The notes under the pieces were generated by a model, which did not search any database, was not told where the DNA came from, and worked only from the letters and a program-made list of their open reading frames with translations. Below, in pieces: positions 25,414 through 39,393 of a DNA stretch of 64,000 nt (position 1 is its first letter; each line of letters begins with the position of its first letter). The position numbers were made by a program, and so were the translations under genes. This DNA comes from Marsupella aquatica (lineage: Eukaryota > Plantae > Marchantiophyta), in assembly GCA_973895155.1 (NCBI GenBank), contig OZ316892.1, forward strand, positions 2,607,223 to 2,671,222. The letters run 5' to 3'.

Positions 25414-28400
25414 ATGAGGAGCTCAGCAAAAGGGCCGAAAGGCGCAATTATGGGAGGAGTGGAGATGGGCACACCTTGGAGGCAATCACCCCAAGCCTAT
25501 CCATTTCCAGGAGCCCCAACTGGTGGGTATCCGTCTACGGAAACCCAAGCCTATGGCTATCCGCCCACAGGAGCGCAAGCCTATGGCTATCCATCTAGAG
25601 AAACCCAACCATATGGCTACTATCCACCTCCAAGAACCCCACCGCAAGCCTATCCACCTCCAACAGCCCCACCCCAAGCCTATCTCCCTCCAACAGCCGC
25701 ACCCGAAACATATCCACCTCCAGAACCACCACTGCCCTATCCTCCGGAACACATGGCTGAGCAGAAGGGACGTCCAAAGCCCCGAATCAAAAGCAACAGA
25801 CACTGCAGGGACATCCCATTTCTGATCGCATTTGCCTTGTTTCTATTGGGCATGCTAATTAACTCGAGCTGGTCGTGGAATCAGGGTGCTCCAAAGAGGT
25901 GAGCTTAAAATGCTATTGATTGCTTTGAATTTGTTGAATGGTGGAATATTAGAGAGTCCTTACAAGTTGATCAGTACCATTCAATCTGATACCTCCTGAT
26001 GCAGAGATGTGCTTTGTGGTTCAAACCAAGCAAGTTTGATTGTGGGCATATTGAAATTTTTATGCTTCCAAGAATGTTTGGAAAAGGTTGCCAGGTTTTG
26101 GAACACGAAGAATTGGAACTCGTCAATCTTAGTCGAGCAATTTTTTGGTAGCCAAGTGTTTAATACTTCTGAGACTTTCTGCCGGTCGTTTTCGAACATT
26201 TATTTCCGAACAAGTATACGATACCGGGATTTATTGACTGATTTTGTTTTTCTATTTACAGGTAGAGACTGAATATTAGTCAAGATCTGAATTGATTGTT
26301 TCATTCCTTGGTTCGATTCAACTCAATCAAATTCGTATATTTATTGCTTACATTTCTTAGGAATTTAAATTCTCAGGAATTCAAAACTCTTGTGATTTAT
26401 ACAACGTGGAAATACAAGGGACTGCAGAAGTTTATAAGCAGTATAGAGGCTTAAGTCAATGACTTATTCCAAAATTCATCTGACTTGTCAACCAGGCTAC
26501 TTGGTGGAATCGACTATAATGGCAATGTCTGTGATGGAGGCTTCGATATAAGGTACTGGATGAATCCAAACCAGGTTTATGACAGCGGTGCCATAGACAA
26601 TCCGTTCAAAATCACCAATGCTCGAAGCATTTGCTTAAGACATTGCCCCAGTCCTTCGGTGAACGGCTCTCTCTCCTGGGTTTGTGATTATCCTGAAGGT
26701 CCTATCACACTGTCAAAGAATCAATGGGCCGATCAAAACTATGACTATTATGGCACCCTGACTCCCCAGCTGCAGGCTTCATCTCTCAATCTGACGGGTC
26801 CCTGCTATCCTGTCCTCTTTGAGAGTTCAAATTGTAAGTTTCTTCTACTTCAGTTCGACGCGCTGCCCATTTCTGTAGATGTTTCGAGAGTCGATCAACT
26901 TTCTAAGATTGAGGAGTCCATTTGTGGGTACAACGCACGCGGGATCCAAGGTGTGACGTAGTTGTGTGCAATGTTTGTGTTGTGTTGCAGATTTCTGGAG
27001 CTGTCAGCTGAAGCCAAGCCCAGACAACCAGAGTTTGGCAGAGTGGACTCAACTGGGTGGTTTCCTTCCGATTAACCAAGGAGACTTCATTGTGAAAGGA
27101 ATCCAAGACCTTCTAAACAAACCTGGAGAGATACTCAAGGTAAATCTCAAGGCAACTCCTCCTTCTTGGGCACGTGACTTGGATCGCAGCATCTTAGAAA
27201 TTGACAAATGAAGATGGTGAATGTGCGTCTTGCAGAGATATGTTGCAGATCTTGGACACGCTTGGCCTATTCTTGTTGTATGTGGCGGAATTGCGCCATT
27301 GCTCCTGTCACTTGTATGGTTGGTCATCATCCGTCTGTTTGTTGGAGCGATGATATGGATAAGCATCGCACTACTCAACATTGCAACAATTGCAGTGACT
27401 GTTTGGTTCTACGTGAAAGGTACCTCCTTAGCTGTGCGTTTCTGTGCTTTTCATCGATTCTGTGTTCCATGTGGAGAAACTAATGGTTTTTCTGGTTCTT
27501 GTGCAGCTGGATGGATTGGATCTGATGCAGTTTCTGGTATAATCGGGGAGAATGCTGCTGATGCCCTGTCATTGAAGACATCACACACGGTGAGTTCCGG
27601 CGTACCTCGCCGTGCTTCAGTTTTCTAGAATTGTGGAGGTTTATCGGTCTCCTTTGGTGAAAGTCTCTACGTCCGGGCTAAGGAAAAACAAGTGCAATGG
27701 CCTTGGAGGACAATCAGCACGCATTGAATGTAGTTTCTTCCAATTGTAAATCAGCGATTCAAACCCCATGACCTCAAAACTTAGAGTAGAGAACAATCGA
27801 ACCGCTTGTGCCTTTAGTAAGCGTTAGTAGTTTGACAGTATAGGGTACAATCAATGATTAAATCATTGAATTTTTATTGGAATAAACCGGAGCTGGAGAC
27901 AAATATCCCCCGGACCATTTGTCATCGGAATATCATGTGAGCTTCAGTGCATCACTTTCTAGTGAAGTGTGGGGTGAAACTTTCCGTCACCGAGCCCAGA
28001 GATTGGGTGCTATGGTTGGCTTTCTTTGGGCTCCGAAACCTTCCCAGGATAATTTATGAAATAAATATTATCAAGACAAAGTGGCAGCCGAACAAGCATG
28101 GAGCTCGAAGCACGCAACGATATATCAATTAACGGCGGCTCGTCTTGAAATGCACAGTTGCAACAGGACCTGAAGATTGTAGCTGTGATTATGACTATCG
28201 TAGTTGTGATACTGTTGCTGATCACTTTGGTTCTTATCAAGCGCGTTTTTCTTGCCATAGCTGTACTCAAGGTCAGATTTCTGCACCCTTCCAGCATTTT
28301 CTAGATTGAAGAATGCATTCAAGTCGACTTTTCGTAATTCACTATTTGCATGACTCGACAAAGTCGCTCTTCTAAAAGGAAACATGATGCTCTGACATCC

Positions 28401-30827
28401 ATCGCGACCTTAATTGTTTTATTTGCTGCATTGGTATAACTAGCATCGCGAAGATAGGTTTTGTTAGAACTGTGACTTTGGTGGATTTCCAGAGGACACC
28501 AGCACATTTTTAAAGAGACTTGGATTGAAAGGTGAAATGAATCTACAACTTGCGTTCGTAGTTATGAATCGTTCTTCCCTCATTATGACGGATCGAGAGA
28601 GACCTAAAGTCATCTTTCAACAAGTTCATCAGTAAGAGAAGACAATTCTTTTAGGGGAAGCTATGTTGGTAATTGTTACAAGGATGAGTTCACCAGGTGT
28701 TAGATCTCGCTAGTTGCCTATTTTGAATCGTAAAATCTCGAAGTGCTGAGGAATCTGTGTTTACATTGATTAAAGTCCTTGATAGAGAAGCGGCTGGCTG
28801 TGATTGATTTGCGAAAGTTTCTGATCAAAGTTCTAAATATGCTATGCAGGTGTCGTCAAAGTCCATAGCAGCAATTCCTTCTCTCGTCATATATCCAATC
28901 TTTCCAACCCTCATTCTGGGAATTTTTTTCATCTACTGGACGTCAGTCGTGCTGTACCTATTCAGTGCCGGAAAGATTCAGGAGAATACATCTTGCAGTG
29001 ATGGCTGCTGCGCGTATGATCTCGCAACACAAAGTCTCAACTGTAACAGTTGTTGTGGATATGAGTTCCACCATAGCAAAAATGTTGTATGGGCTATTTT
29101 CTACCATATATTTGGAGGCTTCTGGATAACTCAGTTCATCAATGCCTGCTCGCTCACTATAATTGCTGGAGCAGTTGTGTCGTATTACTGGGTTCGTGGT
29201 GACAGATCTGTGAGTCTCTGTGCCTTCATTGTTCTCTTGATCATTATGATGACGCAAAGTTAGACCAAAGACTAATCGTGAAAACTAAATGGAACACTAG
29301 GGTGGATATTAATCAAATGTCAAAGAATATGACATTAACAGTAGGTTTGAGTCCTTTCAGTCAAATTTTACATAATCTACAATTTATTTCTATAATAATC
29401 TTTAAAACAAAGTGTCTAAAATCTGATATTAATCAGTAGCTTAATATGCTGATTGAGATGATAGAAATGTGTAGCAGAAGCAAAGTCTATTGTTCACTCA
29501 GGAAACAAATGTAAGCACTAGAGCCTGTCAGAACACCTCTGGATTTGTGATAGACAAAGTAGCGGGTTATAAAGTCACTTTTGATTCTAACTCATTCTGT
29601 TGGTATTGTGCAGCAACTTCCTGCTTTTCCTGTACTCTCCTCGACGAAACGTTTGTTTCGGTATAGCTTGGGCTCAATGGCCATAGGCTCGTTTTTGGTA
29701 GCGGTGATCCAAATGATAAGATTTATTCTGGATTTCATCCGGAAGAAGATCAAAGTGCTCGAGGCAGCTCCTGGTGGCTGTTGTATCTCAATTCTCTGCT
29801 GCTGTGCTCAATGCTGTTTGGGATGTATTGAATGGACTCTCAAATTTATCAACCGAAATGCTTACATTGTGGTACGATTTCGTTAACTCCACCGGATTCC
29901 TTTCTTTAAATGCACGATCTGTGAATATTATCTCCTACTTGGTCATGAATATGGAGTATTCCTTGCAGAATATTTGTAATGATAGAGAGTGGACAATTTG
30001 GCTCGCACGTCGCCCTGTTCTAAGTTTGCTCACCTTGCAGATTGCCATCAAAGGCAAAGGTTTCTTTGGAGCTGCAGCAAAGGCTTCAGCTTTAATTATC
30101 AACAATATCCTTAGGGTGGGCACCGTGAACATAATAGGAGACTTTGTATTATTTCTGGGTAAGCTCAGTGTGGGAGCTTTAAGCGTTTTCTTTGCCTTTC
30201 TCATGCTGGAGCAGCATCAATATAAATCTGGCAAAGACAAAGTCTCATCTCCACTGTTCCCAATCCTGGTATGTTACCTCCCTCGCAGCCTGTCCGTTCC
30301 TTCATTCTGTACTGTTGAACCATCAGTTCTGTCAAGGACTCGCTTGACATTTGAATAAGACTGCCTTATCCTGACTGGAATTTAAGAAACGCAGGCCATA
30401 TATTTTGTGTATTGTTTTAACTCTTTGGTTACGTTTGTATGGCATGACGTAATGACCCTGCTCCAACTTTTTGATTAATTCCATATCTTCAATGTTGATG
30501 TTGTGCTCTAACACGGATGTAAGCATGGGGATGTTTCTGCATGAAAGACGGATTACTTTGCTACATGTTGTTGAGGAGCTTGTCAATGTCAAAATGTCTT
30601 AAGGGTGTGCCCTGTATGTGCAGTTCACCTGGATATTTGCCTACTCAGTGGCGAGCATGTTCTTCGGGGTGGTGGAGATGGCTATTGATACAATTCTCCT
30701 ATCATTCTGCATTGACTGCGAAGAAAACAATGGGACTCCCCTATATGCACCTCCACTACTTATGGACACCCTCAGCAGACATGCAAGAAGGCAGGAGGAA
30801 ATAGAAGCAAGGAAAGGCTTGCAATAG
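25414..30827 (+). CDS. CTL1: Choline transporter-like protein (CTL/SLC44 family; CTL1/CHER1 homologue), 10 exons, 800 aa
   Basis: Exons 25414-25898, 26496-26833, 26991-27139, 27236-27419, 27507-27589, 28158-28271, 28850-29209, 29614-29871, 30041-30268 and 30624-30827. All introns are GT-AG and phase-consistent (2403 nt). Motifs: RHCRDIPFL, GIDYNGNVC, ICLRHCP, GPCYPV, RYSLGSMAIGS, KFINRNAYI..AIKGKGF, EMAIDTILLSFCID. Confidence 0.95.
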
Positions 30828-32142
30828 AATCAATCGCCTGAGGATGTAAACAAATGTTTTGACACTACCGACACACTAGTCCATAGATTTTTTGGTTTAC
30901 CCATTCACAAGATTGTTTATTCTTCCCTGGGCTTTGATGATGGGAAGGGTTACTGTTTACGTTTCCAGTTCTTTGTATATTAACGAAGAAACGCCATTCC
31001 CCTTTGGAGTGAAGGTACACAAATGTAGGAAAATAGCATGCTTCGGTATAGACATGGACTGTAAATTTTGTGCTGTAAATTGGCAACCACCGTGTCCGGC
31101 CAGGTGCCCTATCATGTGTCCAGATGAGAACTATATATGGGAGATACCTCCCTGAGGTAGTCAGTAGTAATACTGATTCTCAGGTGCCATGCTCGATTGG
31201 TAAAATTCTCATGATATTGAATTCGACTTGAAGATCTATGGTAAGTTTAGAGGGTTCACTGGAAGGGATTCGTATTTGTTTCTGTGATCATGCATTCCAT
31301 GAAGTCCTTACTTTCTCTATCTTTCAAATGAGCATCAGCAGCCATTGAACATCAGTTTACTCATAAAAGCATCACCAGGCTGAAAAGGTTATTACAAAGG
31401 TCTGCATTTGGGCTGAGATAGCCACGTGGGATTGAAGCCATGTATTTGGTATTGATGGCCCACAAAGCTCCAATACAAATATTGATTGGGGCTAACCAAT
31501 CTCGAAGCTCTTGATTCGAGCTGAGATGGTGGGAATTGGATTGATCCCATGTTTTTGGTAACAAATATTCACTCATGTGCCTTGTGTAGGGTAAACCATG
31601 GCCCAAAAGGGTGGTTATGGGATGTAATCATGAAGGGCAGTCAGCCTGAGGGGGTTACAGCCATGACCCCCCAAGTGGCCATGGGTTAATGAGTGTAATT
31701 TTGCTTTATTTTGATCTGAAAATTGTGTCCGGAATTGGATTACCCTCGAGGTGGGTGGGGTAGCCATGGAAAAATCTCATGAGCCCGGGCCAGGCTGGCA
31801 AAGGGGTTATGGCTCACAACTATCCATGGAAATACTCAGAAAACTAGAGGAGGGGTTTAGGGGCCTAGATAGCCACTTGGGATGGAAGCCAGCCATTGAG
31901 CATTGTTGGCCTAAAAGGTGTGCAAAGGTCCAACTTTGGCTGAGATGTCCATTCCGTATTTATAAGTTACTACTTGGGTGTATAAAACCGTGGAAAGGAA
32001 GGGCAAGAAAAACCATGGGAATATTATTTTGGTGTAAATTTTAAGAATAATCTAAGCATTATAATGCAAATATTGACTTTTGAGTTTATGCATTATTTTT
32101 AAAATATTAGAAGTGTTCTCCCATAGACTTACTATGAATCAA

Positions 32143-32752
32143 CTAGCCCAATATCCTTGTGTTGCCCAGATTGTCAAAAGTATATTATGTTGAGGAGAAG
32201 TGTTGTCCAGCAGAAGTGAGATGATCAGACTGGGGGTCATATAGTTGAACGCTCCAGGAAGTTTGTGAGTTGGCCTGATAGCTAGATTTCAAGGAGTGTG
32301 CAAGTACGGGGAGAGTGATGGGGTGGGTCTGGAAAAGGTGCACAGTGGCGCCTTAAGGGCCATCTCATGGTGAGGAAAACAGGTATCATAATGCTATGGC
32401 TCAGGGCAATGACCAATGAAACTTGTTTGGTATTTCCAAACAAGCCAAAATACATTAGGGGGTGTCAAAGCTGACCATTGCCGCTTTCTCTGGGAGGCCT
32501 TGTTCACCTCATGGACTATGTTCAGAGAGGAGGGATGGGGATGGGTGCAGCTTCTTGAAGTAGCTTAAATCAGGCAGGGCAAGTAAATGATATGTGGCAG
32601 CCAAAGTCATGACACAACTGATGGCCTTTACTGACAGTGTCCAGCCATTTATGAGGTGACAACTCAGACAAACCTGACACAGTTCACGGTGAGGATCATC
32701 CCGACCGGCTTTGACACCCCCTATTACCTAAATTTTCCTTTAATAACGCAGA
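32143..32752 (-). mobile_element. Possible degenerate non-autonomous Helitron containing a nested MITE
   Basis: A|CTAGCCCAATATCCTTGTGTTGCCCAG on + is a decayed copy of the Helitron 3' end seen at 33711. The candidate 5' end A|TCTGCGTTATTAAAGG (- strand) at 32752 is tentative. Confidence 0.4.
32458..32721. mobile_element. MITE, 264 bp, TIR GGGGGTGTCAAAGC, flanked by TA
   Basis: TA|GGGGGTGTCAAAGCTG ... CGGCTTTGACACCCCC|TA. Confidence 0.75.
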
Positions 32753-33710
32753 TAGAAAAGCGAGCGAGCACAGAGGTGAACCAACTTGGAGTTGTCTTGC
32801 ATGTAACCGACCCTTAAATTTGCAGCCCTATATTGATTGTCTGGCAGCATATTATTCAAGGAGAACTTTGTGCCTGCACTGCCTCATCAGCCTGGCTGGA
32901 TGGCATGTTAAGCAAGGGCAAAGTCAAGATTTCTGGCCCTAAAGGTCCCCACATTTGATAAACAAATGAAACACAATGTTTTAGTTTGCAAATGTCTACA
33001 CCGAAATTGTGAAAGCCTTGCCCAACTGACATGTAGCAGCACCTTAGATTGATTGGGTTCATTGCTCTAGTTTTTTCTGGGCACTTTGGGGAGATTTTTT
33101 GGGGTTCATCTCTCAAGTTTTTGTCTTGGCAGTTTAGGGAGTTTTTGGGCTGCAACTTCAAGAGCCAGTTACATGCAAGACAGTCCTAAAAGGGACACAA
33201 GAGGGATGGACATTATTCTATCCTTCGAGTGAGTGTTAGCAAAATTTCCCCTTTTTTTATTCTTCTTTTTCTCAGGGTTGCACTTGCTTCTTTTTCGTTT
33301 GTCCTGTTGAGCATAGATGACATTTGCAATGGCAAGCCCATGAACCATCCAACGCACAATAGTAGAGACAGAGAGATACGTGGTTCACCTCCACATGAGA
33401 CTACGTCCACGGGAACACACAAGAGCTTTACTGTACTCTAGGTTGACCGGTCATACCAAGCATCCATAGCACAAGCTCTCCCTATCTCTCAACTAGCTCG
33501 GTAACAATGAACCTAAGTTCCACCAGGGTCTGGCATCAGCCTTGGCTTAATACAAAACAATATTACCACTAACATTAGCTAAGTTTTAACCCAAATTAAC
33601 TTAACTATAATTAACTCATGAGTCACAAGATTAAAGCAATATTTAACATGTACTCTTTGGACTTCTTTTGTTTGCTCTTCATTGTACTTTGTTAGGCCCT
33701 TTTTGTGTAA

Positions 33711-34097
33711 CAAGCCCAATGCCCGTGTGTTGCACGGTGCAAGGAGGACCGGCCGGTCCATAATGGAGGGGGTCCATAATTAATGAAGGCACGGAGGGGA
33801 GGGGACAGACTGACAGAGGCGTGGGGGGAGCATTAGTGAGGGAGGGAGGGAATTGATCAGGTCCATTAAGTAAATGAAATTGTGAGAGGCACGGAGCCAC
33901 AGAGGGGAGGGGGAATGAGGCATCGGCGTTATCCCTTCAGCGATGGGCGATGCAAGGCACGTCTTCGAGAGCAAGGCATAGAGCGGGGCGAGGGAACGGA
34001 TGGTGTTGTTGGGCGTGGGAGCCCTTGCGAGTGAATCAAACAGAGGTGGAAAGGAGATAAGACAGGCATTGAGCACGGAGGGGATGGTAGATAGAGA
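33711..34097 (-). mobile_element. Short non-autonomous Helitron
   Basis: The - strand reads A|TCTCTATCTAC... and ends ...CCGTGCAACACACGG-GCATTGGG-CTTG|T. This gives a 5' TC, a subterminal hairpin, a CTRR-like 3' end (CTTG) and an A|T target site. Confidence 0.6.
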
Positions 34098-34135
34098 TGG
34101 TGGAGAGCTACATTTGCTGTGGCGTCCAGCCCACA

Positions 34136-34666
34136 ATGGTCACCTCTGTAGCATGCCCTCGAATCTCTAGACACGGGGCTGTGGCGCTCGTCAATGTGCT
34201 TACAGGAGGTCCGGCCATAGGTGGCTCAAATCCAGCAAAGGAGCTGCACCTGGGGCGGAGAATTGTAAGCCATGGGGTTGTAAGCTGCTCCAATTCTGCC
34301 CATGGAGCTGTCTTACCAAAGGTTCAGATCACTGCAGGTTGCCCAGTTGTGGGCTTTGGAAGTTCACTTGTGACAGTGATTCGACCATCGTTGTCTTTGA
34401 GAAGAGTGAAAGCTGGCAACAAGCTCGAGAACGACCGAGAGGAAGCGGTGAGCAGTCGAAAGGAGGAGGACAAGGAGAAAAGCGTGGACAGGAAGGAAGG
34501 GTTGGTGGAGAGAATTGAGGCAGAGTTGGGTCGGCAATTCGGCGGTGTATTATGGTTCTCTGTGCTCTTGCTCTCCCTCGCTTTCTTTGGTGGAGTGTAT
34601 GTGTACTTCATCGTGAACTATGTGGATTTCAACGACATTCCCATTTTGAGGGGCCCCCAGCGCTGA
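34136..34666 (+). CDS. Uncharacterised single-pass membrane protein, possibly plastid-targeted
   Basis: ORF of 176 aa from ATG 34136 (189 aa from ATG 34097). It has an S/V/A/R-rich N-terminus with few acidic residues ending LRRVKA, then a charged linker, then a hydrophobic segment GGVLWFSVLLLSLAFFGGVYVYFIV and a short tail. Confidence 0.6.
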   Translation: MVTSVACPRISRHGAVALVNVLTGGPAIGGSNPAKELHLGRRIVSHGVVSCSNSAHGAVLPKVQITAGCPVVGFGSSLVTVIRPSLSLRRVKAGNKLENDREEAVSSRKEEDKEKSVDRKEGLVERIEAELGRQFGGVLWFSVLLLSLAFFGGVYVYFIVNYVDFNDIPILRGPQR

Positions 34667-37086
34667 TGCTGTGGAGGTAGTTCCCGGATGATGACCTGAA
34701 GAATTTTTCGTCGGCGCCTTCCTTCCTCTCTCCATGCGTTGAATGATTTGAAAACAATCTGCCCAGATGGAAATGGCTTCTTCAATCTGACCAGCTTCAA
34801 CTCAATTGATTTCCTGGCACTGGTGATAGGAATTGGCCCTGGGTGACTTCTAATGTAATTTATGATTCTGGTCTTTCAGCTTGCTACAGTTGTTATCCAT
34901 GGGCATTAATTGTGAAGCGCTTCCTCGGATACGCTGAATATTATTACATTGGCCGTCAGAAGCAGGTAGAGTGAACTTGTTTGTAACTCCCTCCTGCAGT
35001 GGGGTTCAGCTTAGTTACCATCGTGATCGAGTTGTAGAATTTTTTCCAGACGAGGTTGTAAATCTCGTCTTTCGAGTACATGTAGATCTATGTTGTGAAT
35101 AATTGTTTTCTCCAGCACAAGCACCCAGGAGTCTATTCTCTTCATGAATCGACTAGTAACTTCACCTAATCCCTTCTATTGAGCCTGAAACTTTAACCCC
35201 ATAGAATGAAGGCCATGATAGTAGGCTAATTCGCAGAAGTGGAGGGGCAATACGGGGGGGCATCTTCAATTAGCTTATGAATGAATTACTTTTCCCGATT
35301 GCCTGAATTTGCACAATTTCTTTTGGTCCGCATCGAGAAAATGAACCCTGTATAAATGCTTTAACAGCATAGGACGGATCTTTGTTCTCTGAGCCTTCTG
35401 GAGTCAGTTTGTGAGCTTTCGTGTTAATCCTGCAGAAACCTAGTAGGGAGAGAGGGGTTTGTTAGAGTTGAACGGGTTTCGCTGGTGCAGTTCTAAGACC
35501 AAGCCCTCATGTTTGAGCAGCAAGGGTAAAATTCTGCTACTCCAGGGTCGCTTACACATGCAACGCAAGAATGCCATGGTTCTCTTATTGCTGTAAAGAT
35601 TTTCCATAAAAATCACATAGACAGAAGTCCAGAACAAACCAGAACATTTGAGTTCAGGGTCCCTGTTCCCTGTTTCCATAAAAATCACATGACAGTAGCT
35701 GTTGTTATTTATTACAATACCTGTTGCTCTTGGAGTGGCTGCAGCCAATCTCTACTATTGATTGTCCAGGTCTACATTGGGTTTGAATACCCTTTGGCAA
35801 CCTGATTCCTTTGTGGACCGAAAATCTACGAACAACCCGCCAAATTGTTGGACGTCTTGAGCACACATCTATGACATTTGTCACTCATTTGTACAGCGCT
35901 TCACCTGCCCGGGCTATTTTGTGTGGGAAGAGTTACAGCACTCCACTGAGACTTCACCCAATGTCAAATTTATGGGGATAGTCATTCACAAGAAATTTCT
36001 TGGGAGTGATATGTTTAGCTCGAAGGTCGAACTTGCTATGTCAATGGAGAGTTCTTCCACGTAGAATGTTTTTCAGGAACTGGATAGGGTGACGTTTAGG
36101 ATGTAATAATCCAGAAGGTTGATGTGGACTTCATGTTTGCAAAAGAAGTGCGCCTCAGGGTTCACCGCATATTGCATTTAGTAGATTAGAAAGCTTCGAC
36201 CAGGAAAATCCTTCAGAAGTTTTCAATGTTAGACCTTTTGGGTACACTTTTCAATGTTAGACCTTTTGGGTACACGGTGCTGGAAGTATCTTTCTAAACT
36301 GTGCAACATAGCAGTCCTTACGGTTCACTGAAGAAGCCAAAGTACTGACGAGATTAGAGCCAACTGTCTAACGGACATCCAGGTCCTTAATAGATCTCAG
36401 GAAAATCGACTGCGAGGCACAGGGTAACCTCTTACGATGACTTTCGTTGCTTCACGACTAACGGAGTAAAATGCGGTGCACGTTCATCCCACAAGAAATT
36501 TCCCCTTTTTTATCTATTACGTACTGGTTTCCAGCACAGCGCTTTAACTTCATATCGGATGCAGCGTGGTTCCATTGACAACAGTTTCAAAGCGTTGGCC
36601 CTTCAAAATTAGGTTGCTCTGACCTTCCGGTCCCACGAATCATGAGCAGTGTTGCAGTGCAGCTCCAGAGAATTGAAGGAATCGCTGGTTCCCAGCATTT
36701 TACAAGTTCAATAAGATAAGAGAACGTTCACGACTCCCACAGCTGCCTTGAAGCACGATTCCGGCCAAAACATCCAAATGAAATAGGCCATCACAAAAAT
36801 GGCTTCCAACGACTACTCCGTTGTTCCCTTCAAACTTCCAACTATACGATTCCTCGGTGTAGGATGCAACCTTGTTGAGCAACGAAGTCTTATTGCAAAT
36901 CGAATTTCAAGACACCAGCATTCTCAAAGGCAACAAACATGAAGCACACACAATCTCACTAGAGATACACCTACAACAATGAGGAATTCCAGTTTAGGCT
37001 TCACTGAGATGTAACCAAAATACATCTGCTGTGTATCTACAAGAATTGGGATGCCCAAAATTATGATCCAACGGGGTGCAAGTGTG

Positions 37087-39393
37087 CTACTCCTCCATAG
37101 CATCGCCTTCAATTACGTCTACACTATCCTTGAATGGGACAATCTTAGTGGAAAGAACAGCTGCAAGACAGATACAACCTGGTCAGCCACTCTTCTTACA
37201 TGAAGTATGGACTAAAATGAAGCAAGAGAAAAAACTCCGTCCTCTTTTTATAGCTAGAACCTAAGGTCTAAGATGACGTAAGTGTCAGACGAGAAACAAA
37301 CCCCTAGGATAGACAGAATAAGATAGGGAGAGAGCGGGTACCTGTATGACCCTTGGCAAATGAATAGCCCTTGGAACGCACATAACTTCGAGGGTTCGGC
37401 TTTTGGTAATTTCTCAAGTATTCTGCCTGCTTCTGACCCTGCAAATTTCAAGCACACAACACATTGGCACCACAGCGTTTCTCCGGAATGACATCGCTGT
37501 ACTTATCTACTCGGTTTGGAATGTATGGATCGAGAACTGTTTTGACAGAATGGGACCCCAATGACTTATATGAGCAAAATAAGGAACAACCAGCAGTTCC
37601 CCGTCTCGTGAAAGGAACGCTATATACCTTCGTGAGGATGCAGAGGTCCACATTACTTCCACTTCCAAGATCATTGAATATACCAGCACATATGGCGGCA
37701 GCTACAAGGTCCATTCCCTCTTCTTTCTGCAGAGAGCAAGAATTTTATACTGTGTTTCCCGGAATTTAGTAATTCCTAACTAGATTACCAATCAAGCCGG
37801 TTCTCGTAAATAGATAACAAAACCCTGAATGATTTCCACTTACTACGTCCTAGGTAAAGAAGCTATTATAAAAGATGTTCAAGTTTGGTCTGGGATGATT
37901 GGGAACCAACCGTCATGTCCTCCTTGTAACCTGACTCGAAGATGGACATCGCAGCGAGCGATCCTGATCCCATGGTAGCAAATGGCAAAGTATCTGTTGA
38001 TCCATGAGGATACACCTGTTGCAAGGCAAAATGACTTAGAATGAGACTCTGTCTCTGTATAGAAGTGTGAATTCAAACCAGCTCATCAGAAATATGTCAA
38101 CTATCACAAACATGAACCAATATCAAGCTTAGACTTACTGTATGCAGGTGGGGGCCAGTCACATCAACTCCGCCAAGAACTAAAGCAGCACTGACCTGAC
38201 CTCGGTACCTGAGATGGAAATGAGGCATACGACCACAATGAGAAAAAATACGAGATTCCAAAAACATTTCGTTACTTCTACACGCTAAAATTTACTCTGA
38301 ATAACTCTCAATTCACAGAAAGTTCCCATCACATCAGTAACTTCTCCCTTCCGCAGAGACTAACGTACCCGAAAAGATGAGTCTTGAGCATTGTCAAGGA
38401 TGTCACTACACGAGAGTCCCGACCTGTTGCATACCGATGTAGCTCTAACTGGGATCTGACCATATCTGTAGAAGAAGAATTTCAGTGCACCCAGTGTCAA
38501 ATTTTATTCAAAGCCCGGAATGCTATATGTAAAGAAATGCAGGGGAAAGTCGCAATCCTTCGAAGCCAGTAATCCACAACAGTTAGGTTGACAAACCCTA
38601 CCAGCTGGAGCTATAGTCAGAGCCGAACTAAACGGGGCTCAAGTATTAACTTGCGGTACAGAATTCTGAGAGACGATAACCTAATTTTGTTCAATTTTAC
38701 AATAGCGGGCAGATCCCCAGAAGTTCACAATTATCTGCCATTTTCAATCAGGAATTGAACGAATTTCAGCAATTGAGGTAGGAGAGAGAGGTAAAGACCT
38801 GTCACATTTTCCGTATCAGCAGCTGTGCCGGCGCCACAGCAGTAGATGTTGGGAGCTATGTAGTGAATTTTCTCGCAGTTCTTGTCGCAAACAATCTCAC
38901 CCTCAGTTGCTCGAGTGTCAGCACCAAGAATGACTCCATCCTTCAACGAGACCATCAATAAACGCATGTCAAGCTATGAATCTTCAGACAGCTCATAATA
39001 TGACCTTTTCGCGAACCCTAATAATCCCGATTGCAAATCATGGACTCCGTAAAAGCCATTGGCCATGATTTTAAACTGATACCTCGGCACAATACTCAAC
39101 TTCCCGCTTGGTCTCATGTCAACTCGATACGCAAGCAAATCAATCACACAAAACGTAGATGCAGCTCTCTCACAGAAAATCCGAGGCCAACGAAAACGTA
39201 TCCGCCCCAAATTTGACAAAAATATAATCAATCACGAGTGTCATCTCACCTTATACACGAGACCTACAATTGTCGTTCCCGTCTTCCGAAAACGAGGCAG
39301 GACGATGCCATTCTTCTCCAACATGGCGTTTCTGCGGCACAAGTCGAAATTGAACCCTCCTTTCAGCGGCAGATCGACCATCGTTTCCGCCAT
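37087..39393 (-). CDS. PBB: 20S proteasome subunit beta type-7 (beta-2, PBB/PSMB7), 8 exons, 275 aa
   Basis: Exons 39393-39250, 38940-38799, 38465-38369, 38208-38139, 38015-37911, 37726-37628, 37438-37342 and 37160-37087, all GT-AG and phase-consistent (828 nt). Motifs: propeptide [14 protein letters not shown]|TTIVG catalytic Thr, [43 protein letters not shown]. Confidence 0.97.
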
